A stretch of 64,000 nucleotides of DNA from Neoechinorhynchus agilis. Lineage: Eukaryota; Animalia; Acanthocephala. Shown one piece after another: positions 11,721-22,529 of this stretch. Position 1 is the first letter of the stretch. Every line of letters begins with the position of its first letter. The position numbers and the translations under genes are program-made. Under the pieces are notes generated by a model. The model saw nothing but the letters and a program-made list of their open reading frames with translations. It was not told the origin of the DNA and searched no databases. The stretch is from assembly GCA_051530055.1 (NCBI GenBank), contig CM121342.1, positions 592,797 through 656,796 of the forward strand, read 5' to 3'.

Positions 11721-12629
11721 GTCTTATCAATGGAAGTTTTTATGCGACCCCGAGAAGGGAAAAGCATGGAAAAGTTGTTGTTGTTGTGACGACTTGTAAA
11801 CAACAATTCGAATAACATTCTTTTTTGGAGATTGAATTTTTTATTTTATTTGACGGAAGGTCCGATATTTCAGATTCACAATCTTGTGCATTTATCGAGA
11901 TTCTTTATGAATTTTCTACTATGTAGATTCATGTTACTACGACTTAAAACTTAAAAAATTGAAAGAAACCAAAGAATAGTGCCACAAAAACAATAAAATG
12001 TTATTTGAGACAAAAACAATAAAATGTTATTACGGGCAAAAACAAACATGTGAAAGCTTAAGCGAAAATGATGTCAGTGGAGTCAATTTCACGTCCCTGG
12101 GATTATTATCACCACAACTACAACACCATTATCCGTAGGATTTTCTCTCGGTGATTCTCTTTTTTTATTAATACCGATTCGAGCAATGATTTTAATGTCT
12201 CCTATTCTCCTATTAGTTCGCCATCTTCGTAGATCATAATTAAAAAATAGGTAGTAGAACATACAAAATTGGGCATTGCATTGGGGTGGTAGGATATGTT
12301 GTTATTTAGGTCGCTTTTGAACACCCGAGAGGAAGGATCATTAAAGACGGATGCATTAAAGTCGACTGATTGAATCAGTCATTGTCAATTCATTCTAAAA
12401 AATTACAGAGGAATTTGCCACAAACAAACCAAATGATTGTTTTCGTATTGACTCGGGAACACGGGATCGTCAACCCCGTAGGCGAAGACCAGCCTCCCTG
12501 AGTGCATTTAGGCCAACTACAGGTAATTGGAGGGAAACTTTTCCTTTGTTTCCTGTTCGATCGTGTTGGCCATTTCAATATTTTTCCCCGATTTGGCGAA
12601 AATTTGTTAAATTATTTAAAGTAAAAGGG

Positions 12630-12980
12630 TCAATGTTTCGACTCGCTTGTGAGTCTTCTTCAAGATGTCTAAAAAGAGTAGGAAAGTTTTTCAAGTGATT
12701 GGAGTACTCATTTTGCCTTATTGCCTTCCATTGTATCATATTGTTTAATAAAAATCGACTCAGCGATAACGCGAACGTATTGATTGTTGCCACGGAATAA
12801 AACATTGGCATTGTCAAAGTTGATTGAGTGTCCCGCTGCATCAACATGATTGACTATCGCTGAGTTCGCATCATTTCTCCTCAGTGCATACCTATGTTCA
12901 TAGATTCTGCGGCAGAGACTGTTAGTTTGTCCTATACAGAATCTGGGACAATCTCCACACATTATGCTATAAACCACACC
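12630..12980 (-). mobile_element. Penelope-like element 3' end: GIY-YIG endonuclease + downstream hammerhead-like motif
   Basis: VYSIMCGDCPRFCIGQT..RRIYEH..IAESIFI (12708-12977), then TTGAAGA-A-GACTC..GAGTC-GAAAC at 12635-12663. Confidence 0.8.
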
Positions 12981-13276
12981 AGTTGGTGGGTCAGCTCTTG
13001 CAGAACCTGTGGCAGCATTGAACGATTTTCATTTTGTCGTGTATGCCACTGCCTTAATGTTTTTTCCCTTATATTTTTTGACAATCTGACTATTCAGACT
13101 GTCATTCCAGGTATCACTAATAAATGGGATATTTATGTATCGTATTTCTTCGGGCTTTCGACCAACCCTCCTTTTCCAGTGACTCAGGCTCTGAATGCAG
13201 CGTCGTGGTTATAATAATAACATGTTTTATTTTTTTTAGAATTTTTATATGTGGCTCATCCGGTAGTCTTTTGATG

Positions 13277-13478
13277 GATTCTTTCCATACATGGCTGAAT
13301 GGACACACCGTCCATCGATTTCGGTCTGGAAAGCGCTGTTATGCGCTTACATTCCTCCGGATTCTCAGATACCTCCAGGAGGCGGGACATCAGTGAGTTT
13401 CCACCCTGCGCAGACCAGCGCTTCATAGACCGAAATCGGTGGACTGTGTGTCCATTCGGCCGTGTATGGGAAAAAATC
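13277..13478. repeat. Imperfect ~62-bp inverted repeat with a 77-nt spacer
   Basis: Arms at 13277-13338 and 13416-13478 are reverse complements with about 8 mismatches and one indel. Confidence 0.85.
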
Positions 13479-13760
13479 TATCATGTTTCATCTGCTGTTG
13501 ATGCGCAACAAAGAGGACCCACGTACCTTTTGGTCCGCGTGAACACTTGGGAGAGAAAGAAAAATTGATGTCTTTGGAATTGGAATTTGGGTCAGGTAGG
13601 ATGGGAATATCCAGTCTGGTTGGAAAGTCCGGTATGGGTGGGAATTATCGGTTATTGATCCCAGAAAAGTTTGTGAGGTAGGGTGGGTGGAGATGTGAAG
13701 TGTGTTAAACAAGCGACACTGAAGCCGAAAGTTCGTCTAACTTTGTTGAGCAGTCCGGTA

Positions 13761-13900
13761 TGGATGACGGATCCGGAGTGGATGACGGATTTGGAGTAGA
13801 TGACGGATACGGAGTGGATGACGGATCCGGAGTGGATGACGGATCCGGAGTGGATTACGGATCCGGAGTGGATTACGGATCCGGAGTGGATGACGGATCC
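13761..13900. repeat. 18-bp minisatellite (tggatgacggatccggag), about 7.8 copies
   Basis: Units are directly visible in phase from 13761. Confidence 0.95.
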
Positions 13901-14039
13901 GATAGTAATGGATTTCCTGCCCCCCACACAAGCTATAAAAGTTATGATCATATGGATATTGTCCCAACTCAACAAGTATTTTTGTGTAATAGGTCTCCTG
14001 CCCCTCCACTCAGAACACTTCAACAAGAACTTTAACCCA

Positions 14040-14662
14040 AGATTGCGTAGACCCAAAGAGGATTATATCATACGAATTTAAAAAGAAAACCTGGATAGTA
14101 TTTCCATAGGCGAAGTTATAAAAATTACTTCATAAGATATCTATCACCAAATAAACTAGAAAACGCTGGAAACTATCAAATCTGAAGAAGTTTTGTGGCA
14201 AAATGGGCGTTCTTGATATCCTTTGTAGGCTACGAATGGTTAAAGATGTTTTCGAAAATATCAGAGGAAAATTCCGTCGATTTCAATGATATTTCAAGGA
14301 AATCAACTTTATTCGGCTTCAACATGCCATACAATATGCAGCAGGAAGATTTTCAGAGCTATGGAAGCACTTTCGGCCTAAAACCAATAAAATATCTGCA
14401 CCAAAATCCGGACAAGCCACTTTGCGCACTCCTCGTGCAAGGAACACAGAATATAATAAACAAATTAAAAGGAACTTCCGCAGGATTTATAGCTCATTTA
14501 ATAAAGTTTTCATTCCCAAAAGATAGAACAATATATGACTTCATTCTCACACAATGTTCCAAATGTTCCCATTGGGGTCATATACCCAACGCAAAAATGA
14601 AATTAAGAGCGGAATATGTGCCGAATCCCATTTATCATCACACGGTTTCTTGTGGCTTATGA
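14040..14662 (+). mobile_element. LINE ORF1 (gag-like) fragment, same family as 54260-56740
   Basis: HLIKFSFPKDRTIYDFILTQCSKCSHWGH aligns to HLVSFTSYRDSIYDFNLTICQKCSHCGH at 55581-56042. DFNDISRK aligns to HDDISRK. Confidence 0.7.
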
Positions 14663-15334
14663 AATCTTTACATTTAGTTTTTAGATTATAAAATAATTGA
14701 ACAATTTAAAAAATCGCATGATAGTAAGATAGAGGATGATAGTAGGATGGATACCGATAAAGAGAGAAATAAGGCATTTCCCTAAGGAAATATTTAGTAG
14801 TGATCTAAAATGAGGAAGATATGGGTGAAGATGGTCGCCCAGAAATCAACAATTTTACAGTGAAGGGATGGGTGTCCCAAATAATCAATTATGATAGAAA
14901 ACAAACATAGCTTTGTAATTACTTATAACACATCGAAAGCCAGTTATATCTCCAAGGGGATGATACTGAAAGGGGAAAGTGGCCGAAACAGATATTATTT
15001 GCCGCCAGGAAACAGGACCACGTGCCACTTTAACATTGCCCCAAATGGTAAAGTCAAAAAAACCTTGATAAAGGCGTACAAGATTGTGCCGAAATATCAG
15101 ATTTTAAAATAAAATCATTTTAATTTATTCACTATAAAACAACCAATATGAACAGTTCAGCCTTCAAACACACAGTAACATTGATTGTCTTTTTAATATT
15201 TTATCAGAAATGAACTTTCTTAGATTGAGATGAATAATGGAGGTATTACGATTTTCAGACCCAATTAAATTTTCTTCAATTTTTTATTGAAATATGATGC
15301 CAGTTTCATCTAAAAATTTACTTCTTAAAGCCAT

Positions 15335-17900
15335 AAGATCATTCACACCACCGTTTTGGATCACTCAGCTGCCGTCCTGGTGTAACGGTAGAAATGACGG
15401 ATGCAGCGCTCCCTCTTTACACAGCCCAACTTATGTTTTGTAGGAAGAATGCTCCTTATCTCGGATCGCCAGTGATTCGTCTCAATCTCTTAGACAATTG
15501 CTTGAACAGGTCCTGCGCCGTGGTACCAAATGACCCGAGGGTCTCGGCGCCAAAGGTGACAAAATAATGATTGTGACTCAGGTCCCTGTATTTTGTCCTT
15601 TTGCGTTCCTCTGCGGCGGTTGCGGCTCCCCCTGGTTTAATAGTGGCGAATTTTATGTTGCTTGCTGCGAGCGTGTCCACACACGTGGCGCCCCAGAGAA
15701 GGCATATTCCTTCTAGTCACGGGAATACTGTGACCGTCCGGTCTATGGCCATCGAGTCAGCAAAGATTGCTCGACTCTAGGATGTTGGGCGCATTCACAG
15801 TATTCAGGGCACGACTAAGAATTGCGCTTACTTCGGCGTGTCGTGAATACCTTCCGCCTGATTGCCGACAGACGAGACCATATCGCCCCGATGGTTCCAC
15901 TGTGGCTCAGCAACTGCAACGATGGGATGTAGGTACTGTAACTCTCAAGGACACTGCAATCCTTACTGTCTCGTCGGAGCGAAGGGTGTCCACATAAGCG
16001 ATTGGGATAGCGTTGAGCCAAGAACCCGATTCTCTTGTAGAGATTGCCGCCAATCGAGTTTGGTTCACCAGGTCACGAGAATCTCAAATTAAAGAGTTGT
16101 GAATTCTCGCTACCAGGGGTAAGTCCCAAACTGATTGTTTGCAACCATTGACTAGTACCTGCTCGCTGCCTGAATCTCCACACCAAAGATTAAGCGCCTT
16201 TACGAAATCTTCATCCAAAGTGTAATTCTCGCCAAGAACGGATTTAACTACTTTGCGGCTTGCTTCATATGATCCCAAATAAGGTGCCAGAGAAATATCG
16301 GCTGCTTTTCGGATACCCAAACCGCCGGACGACACAGGCAAGGACGCTTGACCCCAGGCCTTGTCTGGCAGCTGAGTATTTAAAATTTTCTCGAGAGAGG
16401 CTTTCACCGTCTCGCTTAATTTTGCCAGCTTATCCTTATGTCTAAAAAAAGGTGCTGTGCGCAGCTTATATAATAGTTTTGGAATAAAGAGGGTGTTCTT
16501 GATCAGGAACAGAGCTTCGTGTGAAGATAATTCATTAACTCGTTCACACAGCACCGAAAGTTGTGGTTGAAGATTGGCAATCTCTGCTTGGACATTAGAA
16601 CCAAAAATGTAACTTTCTTGAAGACAACCGGAATTGGTCGATTAGGCGTGGGGACTGGGCAGCGTCACCTACTGAAAAGGAAGTCGTGTCCTTTAGGTGT
16701 TGGGGCCGCAGCCCGTCAAGCCCTTGAGCTGATCCGTTAGCAAAAGAGGAGATTGCCATCTTTACTTGTGATTTCGATGATAAAATATAAGGGATCGTAT
16801 CGATGTGGGTCAAGATCACGCAAGGCTTTAGCTTTCCGATGATGAACGCGCGGCGTGAATGAACAATCGCTTCAGCGCAGCTAGGTGTACAGCAGCCTAA
16901 TTAGGTAGGGCGAAGCAGCATCCCTACTTCTTCCGCGACCGTTTTATTTAAAATTTTTGCTGTTAAGCGGCGCAGAGTTGTTCCAATTGTAACGAACTGA
17001 TCCCACCTTTCTTTTTGCTAGGGCACACTAAGATGCGCCGAAAAATAACTCAATTGCTTTGGGATTCAACTCTCCCCCTGCAAATTGGTCGATTAGGCGT
17101 GGGGACTGGGCAGCGTCACCTACTGAAAAGGAAGTCGTGTCCTTTAGGTGTTGGGGCCGCAGCCCGTCAAGCTCGCGAGCTGATCCGTTAGCAAAGAGGA
17201 GATTGTCATCTTTACTTGTGATTTCGATGATAAAATATAAGGGATCGTATCGATGGGGGAAGATTTCACGAAATACTGCCGGCCACCGTCACTGGGATGT
17301 TTGGAACGAAGAGTTCGTTAAGTTTCTTCGTTATCTTTGGCGAGGCTGTCCATTGATGATAAAAGACGAACTGCTTCTCTGACATCTCCGCCTGCGAGCT
17401 TTGAAGAAACGCGTTCAGCAAGCGACCGATTTGAGTTTCGGTGGTGGTCACGCTCCTGGACACAGGAAAACACCGGTCTAGGGAACGCAAAGAGATACAT
17501 CCACGACAACTCTGAGTTAGTCTCGATGTAGTCTGTCAATAGAGAGGTGTCTCTTTGCCGCCTGATATCGCGCGCCCATTGGGATTCTTTGCAGAGCTTT
17601 CCTGGGCAGAACTCGCACAATATTCCCTATAAATGGAATTTCATTTTGTACTGGTGATGTCGTGATAGGATTCTGGCGCAAACCATCAATGGACTTAGGG
17701 TGTGAACCGGAACCGCCGCTGCATGAATTACGGGGTCCATGGATCCTAAGAACTCTTGTTTTCGTCAGGGAGAAAAACCCATCACAAACCTCACATAATC
17801 CAGTTGAGAAGCTCGGTCGTGTGGTCCCCCTGGCTGATGAAGTTGAAATAATCACATTGACGTTGTTCTCTTCACTTGGCTCGTTTTGGGCGGGCAAGTT
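15335..17900 (-). mobile_element. CRE-clade retrotransposon, near full span but rearranged (RT core deleted, ~175-bp internal duplication)
   Basis: N-terminal CEVC..RIHGPRNSC zinc finger, RIPMGAR, GGDVREAVRLL, SFANGSAQGLDGLRPQHLKD, IGTTLRRL, QASLPVSSGGLG and FGAETLGSFG. 16631-16806 is repeated at 17083-17255. No QQGDP or YLDD is present. Confidence 0.9.
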
Positions 17901-18276
17901 TCCGTTTTCATATTGTAGTCTAGCATCCAGGTTCCGTCGTCGGTGGTGGAGGCAGCATCACGAAGTTAATATTTCGAACGCGCAATGTCGGCGAAATTGT
18001 CTCGAGTATTCATCCAGTGATAAAAATAGTTGGTTGAACCCCTTGTTGTTGCGACCAACAATTTTCAAAAACATTGACTAAAATTCTGCGCTGCTAAGTC
18101 TGAATGCACCAATTATCGCAATGGGGAGAGGTTAGAAAATGCAGAGCGAAGCGGATCGATGCATTTGTATTTCTCTTTTTTTCGGTATTCGGCTCTTCTC
18201 GCCACTTCGCAGGCTCGCTCACACGAATTTTAAAAGCAGTACCAAAAAGCTCTTATTCACAATATCCCGTTTTATT

Positions 18277-18701
18277 TCAAACAATTCTTAGGATTTTAGA
18301 GTAACCGTAGTACTTGAAAAAATAATCACTTTCATCCATGAGCACAACTGAACAACACGACGGATACTGCACTTTTCTTGGCTCCTCGCTAATGTCGAAT
18401 TTGACCACATCGTCGTGCACGAACGAATCTTCGTCAATTAGGTCGAAAAGAGTATATTTTGGACACTTTTCAAGCAGACCATCCATGTCCGGTAAGCTCC
18501 AAACAGACTGTTCACATTTTCACCATTTACCCCATGGTCCGGATGAACACTTCTGACCATTGCCTGGTAGGCATGTATAATCTGGTCGATTGAATATCTA
18601 CCATCATCCATTTCGAAATGTTGCCATGGAATTTGTCCGCCGACACAAGGACTCATAAAAATGGATTTTGTAATTTCTACACGAACCTTCTCATTGTTCA
18701 T
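18277..18701 (-). pseudogene. J-domain (DnaJ-like, HPD) protein split over two reading frames; may be spliced or a pseudogene
   Basis: SIDQIIHAYQAMVRSVHPDHGVNGENVNSLFGAYRTW fits J-domain helices II-III with the HPD loop. An acidic continuation is in another frame (18277-18486). Confidence 0.45.
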
Positions 18702-18839
18702 TATCTAATAGTGTACGCCAAAATAGTTGGCAGTCAGTCAGGTTGACACCATTAATCGTAACTTGCCCGACTATAAGGATAAAATATTCTTAACAAATAT
18801 GTTAAGTCAAAACGATTTGATTCTTATTATTGTTTAGAG

Positions 18840-18948
18840 GTCTTCACCCGGTAAATATTTTTTATTAAAAACGTTTCGAACTTCGCCGGGTTCATCGTCA
18901 GTTCCAAAATAAACGTTTTTAATAAATAATTATTTACCGGATGAAGAC
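18840..18948. repeat. 109-bp imperfect palindrome whose loop carries a hammerhead-like core on the minus strand
   Basis: Arms are gtcttcacccggtaaata..ttattaaaaacgttt and aaacgtttttaataa..tatttaccggatgaagac. The minus strand reads CTGACGA-T-GAAC..GTTC-GAAAC (18873-18901). Confidence 0.75.
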
Positions 18949-19239
18949 TTTAAGCAATAAATTTAATCATATACTAAGTTACATTCTCACATATCGACAT
19001 TCTATCGGCTTATTATATCGCTTTATTGTTGGTATAGAAATCCGAATCTATATTAAGGGCTTTTCAAATATAAATCCATTCGTGTATATCTATGCCAAAG
19101 AACGTGGGAGACTCCGTCGCCGCCAAAATATGATGCGAGTTGAAGTCCCCAATTATAAAATCCGGTTCCCATCCCTTTACCCATAACTTGTTGTTGGACT
19201 GGAACCACCCTACTTTGCCCAGCGAAAGGTAAATGTGAC

Positions 19240-19922
19240 TTACGATTCACCGGCTTCCCCTTAACATGGGGCAATCCATTGCAATGAGTTGTATTGAAAA
19301 ATTTTCTTCCTTTTTTGCCATAATAGCCAAGGTTTTAACGAAGTTCTTATCGAAATTTGTAGTCCTCCCGAAAATCCAACATTGGGGTGACCCGGAATAT
19401 TGGAGAGTTTTTACTTATAGTGAAGATAATCCCGGTTAAAAATCATTTTAATGTAATGAAATATTTCGCGAAGAAACCTCGCCTTATCAATCATCTAAAA
19501 AGGTTTTGGTTATTGTTATTCCTATGTTTTGTCCCAGAGCCCGTGAAAATTTGTTTTGGTGATGCAACAAACCAAATGATCAATTCGATTATGAGGACAT
19601 AGGTTGGAGTTCGAGTGTACAAAAAGAAAGGCACCACCCTCGCTAACACGTGCCAGAGGAAGGTGCACAATGACCAACTTGTGGGGTGTATAAAATACAG
19701 TGCAATCAATGTGACAAGGTATACATCTGTCAAACAATGCAGGGCATTCCGAAGAGAGAGTCACCCAACAAGCACCAGGAAACTATGCAACATCGCATAG
19801 ATTTTGATGGGACGCATTTTGTCGAGAAAGAGCCAAATCTTGGAGGGCGCTTGAAGATTTGGAAAATCTCCAAGCGCCCTCCTTTGTATTCACTGGCATT
19901 TTATGTGAAGGCGGACAATTGA
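19240..19922 (+). mobile_element. Decayed Penelope-like element (RT remnants + GIY-YIG)
   Basis: A GF..GNPL-like RT motif at ~19255-19285 and GVYKIQCNQCDKVYICQT at ~19683-19740. Confidence 0.6.
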
Positions 19923-19998
19923 GATTTTGAGAGATTTCAGACTTTAGATTTATATTCCTGAATTATTCGTCAGAAAATGTCGACAGCTATACACTAAT

Positions 19999-22469
19999 GT
20001 TTTCGTTTATAACGATTGCTCTATTTAACTTAGATTTTTCGTGCTTTCCGATAATCTTTTTTGCAGCAGTTTTATTCAGATGGATACATTTCATTTCTCA
20101 AGTGTGATTCAAAGAATACAAACTTTTTGGAAGAAAAACTTAGGATTCTTGAAAGCTTCGAATGGGTTGACAACATAATTAGAATAATTAGAAGATGAGC
20201 ACAAATGGCATAGAAATTTATTGTGATTAACTGCGATTTCTATATAATATGTAAAAGTAGCGGAAAAGATTTTACATTTCATAAAAGCCTTCGAAAATAA
20301 ATTCGCGTTAAAAAAGTCAACAGAAAACGATAAACATCGGTCGAAAAAACACTTCCAATCTCGGCCCATCAAGTCGACTATTAAATAAAAGGTGTCTTTT
20401 CCCGAGAACTGAATTCAATGAACACACTCGAAATTTGTGCTGTGATCTCTTTGATCAGTCTTTTCAATATAACTTCCGCTCGTCCACGACCAAGAGAACG
20501 TTCGCCGCACATTTTTTTGGATTATCTAGGAGATCAATTACCAAGCACCAATTATGACAGATACGACTTGGTAAAGAACCGGTTTGCGAACGATGAGCGG
20601 GCTGTGGTCTTGGTTCTACCTGATGATCAACTCGATAAGATATTGATCGGAAATGTTGATGATAACGATCAGCAATGGAATAGGTCAACATTTTGGAAAC
20701 TCTCAGGTCTTCAGAAAGTGTCAACAACAGAAGATGTCGCATCGCTTGAAGAGGAAACGACAACCGACTTTTCAACTGAAGAAATTGAAATTTGTCAAGT
20801 GCACTTCTGCGATAATCTGAAGACTTCATCGGCAATGACAACAACAGAGGAAACCACAATTCAGACTACTGACGTGGCTACAGAATCAACAACCGAAGAG
20901 CAAACAAGCGAGCCAAAGACAGAGGAAACAACAACAGAGGAAACGACAATACAGACGACTGAAGTGACTAAAGAATCAACAACTGAAGAGCAAACAAGCG
21001 AGCCTAAAACAGAGGAAACGACAATGGAGACGACTGAAGTGACTAAAGAATCAACAAATGAAGTGCAAACAAGCGAGCCAAAGACAGAGGAAACAACAGC
21101 AGAGGAAACGACAATGCCGGCGACTGAAGTGACTACCGAATCAATATTCCAAGAGCAAACAAGTGAGTCAAAAGCGGATGAAACAACAACGCAGACGACC
21201 GTAGTGACTTCAGAGACATCAACCCAAAATGCCGAGACCACAGAAATCACAGGAATGGAAAAGGGCAAAATGAAACCGGCTATTCTCCCGGTGACTGAAC
21301 ACGTCGCTAAAATGAAAAGCAATGAACAGTCGCTGAGCACCATGGATTCTCTCAAGCTTCCAACAGAAATTCCTTGTTTATGTGAGATTCTTGACTTCGT
21401 TGATTCACTATTCGATAACATAATCAAGCAAATGGCATTACTTGTGGAAAACTCCGAAGATAAACAAGAACAAGAGATGATTAATCGACTTGTTTATAAA
21501 AAGAATAAGATCATTGAGAGGTATAGACCAAGAACGCAATGTAGATCGGTATTCTCGAAAGACCAAGTTGCCGACTTTGCAGGATGCTTCGACCCTTTGG
21601 TAGCTTATGCTGGAGCGAGGAAGGATAAATAGTTCATGAAGAGCCGTGAGCGTTTCGACTAATCGTTAGTGACTCATTAGTTTATAGACAAAATGCTTCA
21701 AATATTTATTTAATCAAAATAAAGGTCAGTTTTAAATTTTTGTTTTCTCTGACCTTTTCCTTTTTTTCATAAAACGATTTGATCTTAAGAATAAATTGTA
21801 AAAAGTAATAACACAATATCGAGATGTAGTCATCAGTAGAACAGGAGTGCTGATGTACAAAAGGCTTTTGTGGGTATAAGACTATAATCTGCGCAAAATC
21901 TGGAAATCACAAGTTAAGAAGAGTTAAAAACACTTTTCCTGTGACTAAATATCTATAAGATGTCTTGGGAACGCTGTATCCATCCTGTCGACCATTACAC
22001 CCGGACGGCAGCTGAGTGATCCAGAGCGGCGGTGTGAATGATCTAACGTGTTTTTGTAATCTATTTTGTTATTTATATCAGAAACAAGTGAAGATATGGC
22101 TTATTACTTAAACCCATATCAAATCATAGCTTTTGCATTTTACTTGCTAATCTATCAACGAATGCCAGTCTTCTACTTGGGAATCGTCTATCAAAAGATG
22201 CGATATGCGCATCAGCATGTGGAATGAAAATCTCAAATAAAATGAACAGTACCAATAAATTGGAATTTTAAATTGTGTTCCAGTAAATTTGTGTTTATTT
22301 TGGGTGATGATTTACGATGAAGTAATAGGATTATATAACAACAATGATAAAAATCAAACTAGAAAATTGACAATGAAGCTTTAGAAGCGATAGTTTTGAT
22401 GTATGCGAATATGATATTCGAATCTTATTTCTGAAACTCCTTATTTTGATGATAATCCTAACGGCCACC
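19999..22469 (+). repeat. Segmental duplication module copy 2
   Basis: 19999-22070 is inverted relative to module 1. 20310-22469 is inverted relative to 34556-36642 and near-identical outside the coding repeats. Confidence 0.9.
20418..21632 (+). CDS. Secreted Thr/Glu-rich repeat protein, copy 2 (404 aa, 4 repeat units)
   Basis: Intact ORF paralogous to 6789-8129 and 35393-36535. Confidence 0.85.
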   Translation: MNTLEICAVISLISLFNITSARPRPRERSPHIFLDYLGDQLPSTNYDRYDLVKNRFANDERAVVLVLPDDQLDKILIGNVDDNDQQWNRSTFWKLSGLQKVSTTEDVASLEEETTTDFSTEEIEICQVHFCDNLKTSSAMTTTEETTIQTTDVATESTTEEQTSEPKTEETTTEETTIQTTEVTKESTTEEQTSEPKTEETTMETTEVTKESTNEVQTSEPKTEETTAEETTMPATEVTTESIFQEQTSESKADETTTQTTVVTSETSTQNAETTEITGMEKGKMKPAILPVTEHVAKMKSNEQSLSTMDSLKLPTEIPCLCEILDFVDSLFDNIIKQMALLVENSEDKQEQEMINRLVYKKNKIIERYRPRTQCRSVFSKDQVADFAGCFDPLVAYAGARKDK

Positions 22470-22529
22470 GTCAACAATTTACATACGTTCACCAAAATGT
22501 AAACAAGAAGTCTGAAAGATTGTAAATTT

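Noticed and set aside
13299-13568. ORF listed as minus strand in the supplied track
   Set aside because: The given peptide reads from ATG at 13299 on the plus strand, so the label is wrong. It overlaps the foldback and has no coding evidence.
13761-13900. Possible CRISPR-like arrays (this 18-bp repeat and the 237-bp array)
   Set aside because: The units are head-to-tail with no unique spacers, there are no cas genes, and the context is eukaryotic.
20464-21427. Long antisense ORFs over the secreted genes (also 35598-36489, 6994-7215, 7856-8083)
   Set aside because: These are expected shadows of the codon-periodic Thr/Glu repeats and of duplication; they are Val/Ser-rich with no independent evidence.
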